From contig DASWJP010000099.1 in NCBI GenBank assembly GCA_036397065.1, forward strand, positions 12,553-76,552: 64,000 nucleotides of DNA, given 5' to 3'. The translations under genes were made by a program, and so were the position numbers. Below the pieces are notes generated by a model. The model was given only the letters and a program-made list of their open reading frames with translations, was not told the DNA's origin and ran no database searches. Within the stretch, counting starts at the first letter, position 1. The number at the start of each line of letters is the position of its first letter. Source of the DNA: Kiloniellales bacterium. Lineage in GTDB: Bacteria; Pseudomonadota; Alphaproteobacteria; Kiloniellales; J153. Positions 58,665-64,000 of the stretch are shown one piece after another.

Positions 58665-59345
58665 ATGAGCATCGTCACATCCATCCCGGCAGAGCCACGG
58701 ACCGGAGCCGGTAAGGGGCCGGCCCGAGCCATGCGCCGCGCCGGCCGCGTCCCCGCCGTGGTTTACGGCGCCAAACAGCCTCCCAGCATGATCAGCGTGG
58801 ATCCCAAGGATTTGATGCGGGCGCTGCGCGCCGGCAGTTTCCTGGCCACGGTGTTCGATGTCGACGTCGACGGCAAGACTGAGCGGGTGCTGCCCCGCGA
58901 CGTGCAGTTCGATCCCCTGACGGATCGGCCGCTGCACGTGGATTTCCTGCGCGTCTCGCCGACCACCACGGTCACCGTGGATATCCCCGTGGCCTTCCGC
59001 AATGAAGAGGCATCGCCGGGTCTCAAGCGCGGCGGCCTGCTGAATATCGTGCGCCACGAGATCGAGGCCCATTGCCGGGCCGATGCCATCCCGCATCACA
59101 TCGAGGTGGACCTGACCGGCCTGGATATCGGCGACAGCGTGCATATCAGCATGGTGACCTTGCCGGAAGGCGTGCGGCCGACCATCACCGACCGCGACTT
59201 CACCGTCGCCACCATCGCCGCGCCGACCGTGGTGCAGGAAGAGACCGCCGCGGCGGCCGCTCCGGCCGAGGGCGAGGAAGGCGAAGCGCCCGAAGGCGAG
59301 GAAGGCGAAGAGGAAAAAGCGGACGAAAAGTCCGCCGAGGACTAG
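58665..59345 (+). CDS. rplY: 50S ribosomal protein L25 / general stress protein Ctc
   Basis: RRAGRVPAVVYG, long Ctc-type form with an acidic C-terminal tail. Confidence 0.9.
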   Translation: MSIVTSIPAEPRTGAGKGPARAMRRAGRVPAVVYGAKQPPSMISVDPKDLMRALRAGSFLATVFDVDVDGKTERVLPRDVQFDPLTDRPLHVDFLRVSPTTTVTVDIPVAFRNEEASPGLKRGGLLNIVRHEIEAHCRADAIPHHIEVDLTGLDIGDSVHISMVTLPEGVRPTITDRDFTVATIAAPTVVQEETAAAAAPAEGEEGEAPEGEEGEEEKADEKSAED

Positions 59346-59363
59346 AGGTTCGGCGGATCGGTC

Positions 59364-60008
59364 ATGCTTTTGCTCGTTGGCCTGGGCAATCCGGGTCCGC
59401 GCCATGCCGGCAACCGGCACAACATCGGATTCATGGCGGTGGACGAGGTCGTCCGCCGCCATTCCTTTGGCCCGTGGCGGGCGCGCTTTCAGGGGCAGGT
59501 GACGGAAGGGCGCATCGGTCCGCACAAGGTTCTCGCCCTCAAGCCCGAGACCTACATGAACGAGTCCGGCCAATCGGTGGGCGCGGCGCTGCGTTTTTAC
59601 AAGCTGGAGCCACTTGCGGTGACCGTGCTTTACGACGAAATCGACCTGCGGCCAGGCAAGGTCAAGGTCAAGCTGAATGGCGGGCATGCTGGGCACAATG
59701 GCCTGCGCAGCATCGATGCCCACATCGGCAAGGAGTACTGGCGCGTGCGCCTGGGCATCGGCCACCCCGGCGACAAGGACCTGGTGCATGCCCACGTGTT
59801 GAGCAATTTCGCGAAAGCCGAACTGGTGTGGCTCGAGCCGCTGCTGGCCGCGGTCGCCGAGGAAATGCCCCGGCTGCTGGAGGGCGACGAGAGCGGCTTC
59901 ATGTCGCGGGTCGCGCATCACACCGCCCCGCCCAAGCCGAAGGCAGACCCCGCCGCCGCCCCCGGCGATGCGGCGGACAAGCCGGAAGACGGCGGCGATG
60001 GGATTTAA
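59364..60008 (+). CDS. pth: Peptidyl-tRNA hydrolase
   Basis: [22 protein letters not shown]. Confidence 0.95.
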   Translation: MLLLVGLGNPGPRHAGNRHNIGFMAVDEVVRRHSFGPWRARFQGQVTEGRIGPHKVLALKPETYMNESGQSVGAALRFYKLEPLAVTVLYDEIDLRPGKVKVKLNGGHAGHNGLRSIDAHIGKEYWRVRLGIGHPGDKDLVHAHVLSNFAKAELVWLEPLLAAVAEEMPRLLEGDESGFMSRVAHHTAPPKPKADPAAAPGDAADKPEDGGDGI

Positions 60009-61095
60009 TTGCGGCATCGTCGGCCTGCCCAATGTGGGCAAGTCCACCTTGTTCAACGCCCTGACCGAAACCGCCGCGGCGGAAGCGGCCAACTACCCCT
60101 TTTGCACCATCGAGCCGAACGTGGGCCGCGTCCCGGTGCCCGATCCGCGCCTGCAGGCCATCGCCCGCCTGGCCAAATCGGCCAAGGTGGTGCCGACCTA
60201 CCTGGAATTCGTCGATATCGCCGGCCTGGTGCGCGGTGCCTCCAAGGGCGAAGGGCTGGGCAACCAGTTCCTCGGCCACATTCGCGCCGTCGATGCCATC
60301 GTCCACGTCTTGCGCTGCTTCGACGGCGAGATCACCCATGTGGAAGGCTCAGTCGATCCGGTGCGCGATGCGGAAACCGTGGAAACCGAGCTGATGCTCG
60401 CCGATCTGGCCAGCGTGGAGAGCCAATTCGCGGCGGCACAGAAACGGGCGCGCGGCGGCGAGCCGGAGGCCAAGGCCCGCCTGGCGGTGCTGGAGCCGGT
60501 CACCGAGGCCCTGCAGGCCGGCAAGCCGGCCCGCCAAGTGAAGGTGGCCGAGGCGCTGCGCCCGGCCCTGGCGCAACTGCAATTGCTCAGCGCCAAGCCC
60601 GTCCTCTACGTGGCCAACGTGGAAGAGGCGAACGTGGCCACCGGCAACGCCTATTCCGCACGCATCGCCGCCCGCGCCGAGGCCGAAGGGGCGGCTTGCG
60701 TGGTGGTCTCCGCCGCCATCGAGGCGGAAATCGCCGCCCTGGGCGATGCGGCGGAGCGGCAGGATTTTCTGGAAACCCTGGGTCTGGCCGAAACCGGCCT
60801 GGCCCGCGTCATCCATGCCGGCTACGGGCTACTCGATCTGATCACGTTCTTCACCGCCGGCCCCAAGGAAGCCCGCGCCTGGACCGTCCGCCGCGGCACC
60901 AGGGCGGCGCAAGCCGCCGGCGTCATTCACAGCGACTTCGAGCGCGGTTTCATCCGCGCCGAAACCATCGCCTATGACGACTATATCGCCTGCGGCGGCG
61001 AACAAGGCGCCAAGGACGCCGGGCGCATGCGCGCCGAAGGTCGCGACTATGTGACCCGCGACGGCGACATATACCTCTTCCGCTTTAACGTCTGA
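59998..61095 (+). CDS. ychF: Ribosome-binding ATPase YchF
   Basis: [23 protein letters not shown] and C-terminal TGS-like domain. Overlaps pth by 11 nt. Confidence 0.95.
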   Translation: MGFNCGIVGLPNVGKSTLFNALTETAAAEAANYPFCTIEPNVGRVPVPDPRLQAIARLAKSAKVVPTYLEFVDIAGLVRGASKGEGLGNQFLGHIRAVDAIVHVLRCFDGEITHVEGSVDPVRDAETVETELMLADLASVESQFAAAQKRARGGEPEAKARLAVLEPVTEALQAGKPARQVKVAEALRPALAQLQLLSAKPVLYVANVEEANVATGNAYSARIAARAEAEGAACVVVSAAIEAEIAALGDAAERQDFLETLGLAETGLARVIHAGYGLLDLITFFTAGPKEARAWTVRRGTRAAQAAGVIHSDFERGFIRAETIAYDDYIACGGEQGAKDAGRMRAEGRDYVTRDGDIYLFRFNV

Positions 61096-61124
61096 GGCCA
61101 TACATACAGTCGAAGTGTCATTCC

Positions 61125-61520
61125 ATGGGAGGCAGCCTCATGAGCAGCACACAATCAGCCCGGTCCGCAGCGGCCCCGAAGCCGGCGCAGCCGCTTATCC
61201 GCATCGAGCCGCACCCGGGGATCGCCCAGGCGACGTTGAAAGGCCAGATCGTGGCGGAGAGCACCGCGGCCCTGGTGCTGCGGGATGGCGGCTATCCGCC
61301 GCGCATCTATTTCCCCAGGGGCGATGTGCGCATGGACCTGCTGACCGCGACCGCGCGAAGCACCCATTGCCCGCACAAGGGCAATGCCTCGTACTGGACC
61401 GTGACCGCCGGTGGCACCGCGGCACCGGACGTGGCCTGGTCCTATCGAACCCCGCATGACGGCGTGGCGGCGATCGGCGACCACATCAGCTTCGCCGAAC
61501 CGGTGGTCACCGAGCCATAG
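61125..61520 (+). CDS. DUF427 domain protein
   Basis: IYFPRGDV and THCPHKGNASYW motifs. Confidence 0.8.
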   Translation: MGGSLMSSTQSARSAAAPKPAQPLIRIEPHPGIAQATLKGQIVAESTAALVLRDGGYPPRIYFPRGDVRMDLLTATARSTHCPHKGNASYWTVTAGGTAAPDVAWSYRTPHDGVAAIGDHISFAEPVVTEP

Positions 61521-61540
61521 AGCCGCCACGCAACGCGGAA

Positions 61541-62800
61541 CTACCTGCGGTCTGCCTCTGCCGTTGGCGCGCAGACCTCGATCGGCTCGCCCACACCGCG
61601 CAGCTTGTGATGCCCCAACCGAAGCCATTCGGCCGGCGCGTTGCGCGCAAAATTTTCGGTGGCCAATACCGGATGGCCCAACTCCTTGGTCAGGGCCTCG
61701 AGCCGCGCCACTTCGTTGACCGTCGGACCGATGACCGAGAACGAGACGCGCTCCGGAACGCCGATATTGCCGAAGAGCACCTCGCCCACATGCAGCCCCA
61801 AGCCAAAGGATAGCGGCTCGGCCCCGGCTTTTTCCCGATCCGCGTTGGTGGCGGTCAGCCGCCGTTGCGCATCACGGCTCGCCGCCAGCGCCCGCTTGCA
61901 GGCTTGCTTCGCGGTCACTTGCCCCTTGCCGATGGGGAAAATCGCCAGCACGGCGTCACCGATGAAGTTCAGGATGTCTCCTCCGTGGGCCAGCACCGCG
62001 CCACCAGCGCATTCGAAATAGTCGTTGAGGACCTGAATATAATCGTGTTGCGACAAGGCGTCGGCCAAACGCGTCGAATCGCGGAGATCGCTGTACCAGA
62101 TGACGGCATCGATCGTATCCCCTTCGCCGCGCCGGATCTGGCCGCTGAGGACACGCCGCCCGGCGTCTGGCCCCAGGTACGTCGTCACCACGTTGCGGGC
62201 AATCTGGTCTCTGATCCGCATTTTGCAGGCGACCCCGAGCCGCCGCTGGAGGCGCAGCAACGCCTGGATATCCGGATCGCTGAAGCCCGATGGCCGGTCG
62301 GTCGCCCAGGAGCCGACCATGCCGTCCATTTTGCCACCCCCGAATTCGACGATGTATGCCAGATAATCCGTCGCACCCATGTCACGGAGTTCCGTCAGCA
62401 CGGGGAAATCCAGCAACGCTTCGCGCCCCACCAATTGTCGCCGCAAGAACGGGATCCGGTTCTGGATCAAGTGGTAGAGAGGGTTGATCTTGAACCTGTC
62501 GGGATATTGCCCGTCTGTATGCTGATAACTCTCCAGTTCAACCCCGCGGCCGCGCAGCCATGTCATGCCCATGCCGCTGTAGAGCGGGTGCAGGACCGTA
62601 AACGCGATATGGCCGCGCCAAAGCGGAACACCCGCCGCCAGCACACGCGCGCAGCAGCCCTCGTATATGCTCTCGAAGTCCGTTTCCTCCAGCGCTTGTG
62701 TCATCAGCCAATTTGCGACCTCGTCGATGAGACTCGGCGCAAGGGCGGCGGGCTGAGACCGTTTTGCTGCGGCGGGGCTGGTCACTTTCGCTTTCGACAC
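61541..62800 (-). CDS. Class III adenylate/guanylate cyclase with an uncharacterised N-terminal domain
   Basis: VIWYSDLRDSTRLAD, FIGDAVLAIF and GLHVGEVLFGNIG…VIGPTVNEVARLE. Confidence 0.85.
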   Translation of the reverse strand: MSKAKVTSPAAAKRSQPAALAPSLIDEVANWLMTQALEETDFESIYEGCCARVLAAGVPLWRGHIAFTVLHPLYSGMGMTWLRGRGVELESYQHTDGQYPDRFKINPLYHLIQNRIPFLRRQLVGREALLDFPVLTELRDMGATDYLAYIVEFGGGKMDGMVGSWATDRPSGFSDPDIQALLRLQRRLGVACKMRIRDQIARNVVTTYLGPDAGRRVLSGQIRRGEGDTIDAVIWYSDLRDSTRLADALSQHDYIQVLNDYFECAGGAVLAHGGDILNFIGDAVLAIFPIGKGQVTAKQACKRALAASRDAQRRLTATNADREKAGAEPLSFGLGLHVGEVLFGNIGVPERVSFSVIGPTVNEVARLEALTKELGHPVLATENFARNAPAEWLRLGHHKLRGVGEPIEVCAPTAEADRR

Positions 62801-62899
62801 GGCGAAAGCTTAACGCGTGGACCGGCAAGCGTCACCGGCGAACTCACTTAGAATGCTTCGCGTGGACCTGGCGACCAGATCCTTGGCCTGATCGGGGAC

Positions 62900-63526
62900 T
62901 TAACCGGGGGGCTGTTTGGCCGCGCTGCCGCGCACGGCGGCCAACTCCGCTTCCAGTTCATCGATGCGAGTCTGCAACCGGGCAAGCGCAGCGGCGACGT
63001 CATCCTCCGCGTAGCGGCGGGGAATGTGTTGCGGACAATTGATGTCCCAGGCCTCGACGGCGAAGATGATCGCCCGCTCGGGATGGCTTTTTCCGCCGGG
63101 ATCGGCCAGCCGGCTGATGAGTTCCCCATCGTCCTCGACGACCCGGGCGCGGCCCCACACCTTGATGCGCTGGCGGTTGGCATAATCCATGAGAAAGATG
63201 CAGGCGCGGTCGTTCTCCGACAGATTGCCGACGGTGATGTATTGCCGGTTGCCCTTCACGTCGGCAAAGGCCAGGTGGCGTTCGTCAAGCACCTTGAGAA
63301 ACCCCTTCGCGCCGCCCCGGTGCTGGATATAGGGCTGGCCCTCGGCGCTGGCGGTCGCCAGATAGAACGAATCGCGCTGGGCAACGAAGGCTGCCAAGTC
63401 CCCATCGATCGCATGGCGCCAGCCGCCCCGCTCTTCCATGCGCGCATAAGTGCCGCGCGAGCCAAGGCGTTCCTGGGCCGCCTTGACTGCCGGGGTGAAG
63501 GCCACGTCGCTGACCGGTTTGCTCAT
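62900..63526 (-). CDS. Pyridoxamine 5'-phosphate oxidase-like FMN-binding split-barrel protein
   Basis: FYLATASAEGQPYIQHRGG…GNRQYITVGNL pattern with a coiled-coil tail. ATG at 63526; the ORF track extends to 63670. Confidence 0.75.
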   Translation of the reverse strand: MSKPVSDVAFTPAVKAAQERLGSRGTYARMEERGGWRHAIDGDLAAFVAQRDSFYLATASAEGQPYIQHRGGAKGFLKVLDERHLAFADVKGNRQYITVGNLSENDRACIFLMDYANRQRIKVWGRARVVEDDGELISRLADPGGKSHPERAIIFAVEAWDINCPQHIPRRYAEDDVAAALARLQTRIDELEAELAAVRGSAAKQPPG

Positions 63527-63593
63527 GCCTGGACTCCCTGGGTGCCAACCCGCCGTCACGGCGGGAGCAACGTTCGAACCCTTCCGCCGCAAC

Positions 63594-63641
63594 AGCCGGA
63601 TTATATATAGACAGACAAGTCTGTCTATATATAATCCGGCT
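63594..63641. promoter_or_regulatory. 48-bp perfect palindrome (23-nt arms, 2-nt spacer): probable TetR operator carrying two mirror-image divergent promoters
   Basis: AGCCGGATTATATATAGACAGAC-AA-GTCTGTCTATATATAATCCGGCT, read directly. Plus strand: TAGACA (63608-13), N16, TATAAT (63630-35), with ATG at 63642. The same elements occur on the minus strand by symmetry. Confidence 0.6.
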
Positions 63642-64000
63642 ATGAATCGCCGCGACCATCTGATGCACACCGCCGAGCATCTGTTTCAGCAGAACGGCTA
63701 CCGGGCGACCGGCATCGACCGGATTTTGGCCGAATCCGGTGTCGCCAAGATGACCCTCTACAAATACTTCCCGTCCAAGGACGATCTGGTGCTGGCCGTT
63801 CTGCGCGGCCGCGCAGCTCGCTGGCGCGCCTGGCTGGAAACAGCGGTCGCCAGCCGCGCCGAGACACCGCGCGAGCGGATGCTGGCGGTGTTCGATCTTT
63901 TCGAGGAATGGTTCGAATCGCCCGACTTTACCGGCTGCCTGTTCATCAAGGCCGCGTCGGAGTATGGCGACCGCAACGACCCGGTGCACCAGGCGGCGGC
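63642..64000 (+). CDS. TetR/AcrR-family transcriptional regulator; 3' end beyond the window
   Basis: Hand translation gives MNRRDHLMHTAEHLFQQNGYRATGIDRILAESGVAKMTLYKYFPSKDDLV… The frame is open to the window end. Not in the ORF track. Confidence 0.85.
   Translation, partial: MNRRDHLMHTAEHLFQQNGYRATGIDRILAESGVAKMTLYKYFPSKDDLVLAVLRGRAARWRAWLETAVASRAETPRERMLAVFDLFEEWFESPDFTGCLFIKAASEYGDRNDPVHQAA

Overview
This is a high-G+C chromosomal segment; third codon positions are almost all G/C. Gene content and micro-synteny point to an alphaproteobacterium, probably Rhodospirillales-like: prs-rplY-pth-ychF, lgt-DUF185 methyltransferase-pgeF, mobB-moeA-moaD-moaE, uvrC-pgsA, a MarR/OmpR/EnvZ-like trio, phasin and UbiK. 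The species cannot be named from sequence alone. I call about 75 tightly packed protein-coding genes, many with ATGA/TGATG start-stop overlaps. I found no rRNA, tRNA, CRISPR array, transposase, integrase, phage or toxin-antitoxin-like genes, so this reads as core chromosome rather than an accessory island. Two multi-gene systems stand out. (1) A complete hopanoid locus lies at 12.9-23.9 kb (hpnB-hpnC-hpnD-hpnE-shc-hpnG, convergent hpnH, hpnA, plus hpnM). It is flanked at very short gaps by unassigned enzymes: HAD, class-I amidotransferase, HD hydrolase and PhyH dioxygenase upstream, and a LicC-like nucleotidyltransferase start-stop-coupled to hpnA. (2) A cobalt-type nitrile hydratase operon lies at 26.5-28.1 kb, and its beta subunit is encoded as two coupled ORFs (a three-subunit architecture). 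Smaller oddities follow. Three AT-rich intergenic islands of about 100-200 bp (about 26-35% G+C by hand count) sit next to uvrB, uvrC and a small-ORF/PhyH pair. A 48-bp perfect palindrome carries two mirror-image promoters between a TetR gene and a PNPOx-like gene. There are three separate 2x15-bp tandem duplications. A 22-codon hydrophobic ORF is wedged between a peptidase gene and a lipoprotein gene. I do not see a clear-cut, entirely new system; the hopanoid-flanking enzymes and the split nitrile hydratase are the best leads. Start codons are my best guess from the ORF track plus hand inspection and are less certain than the stops.
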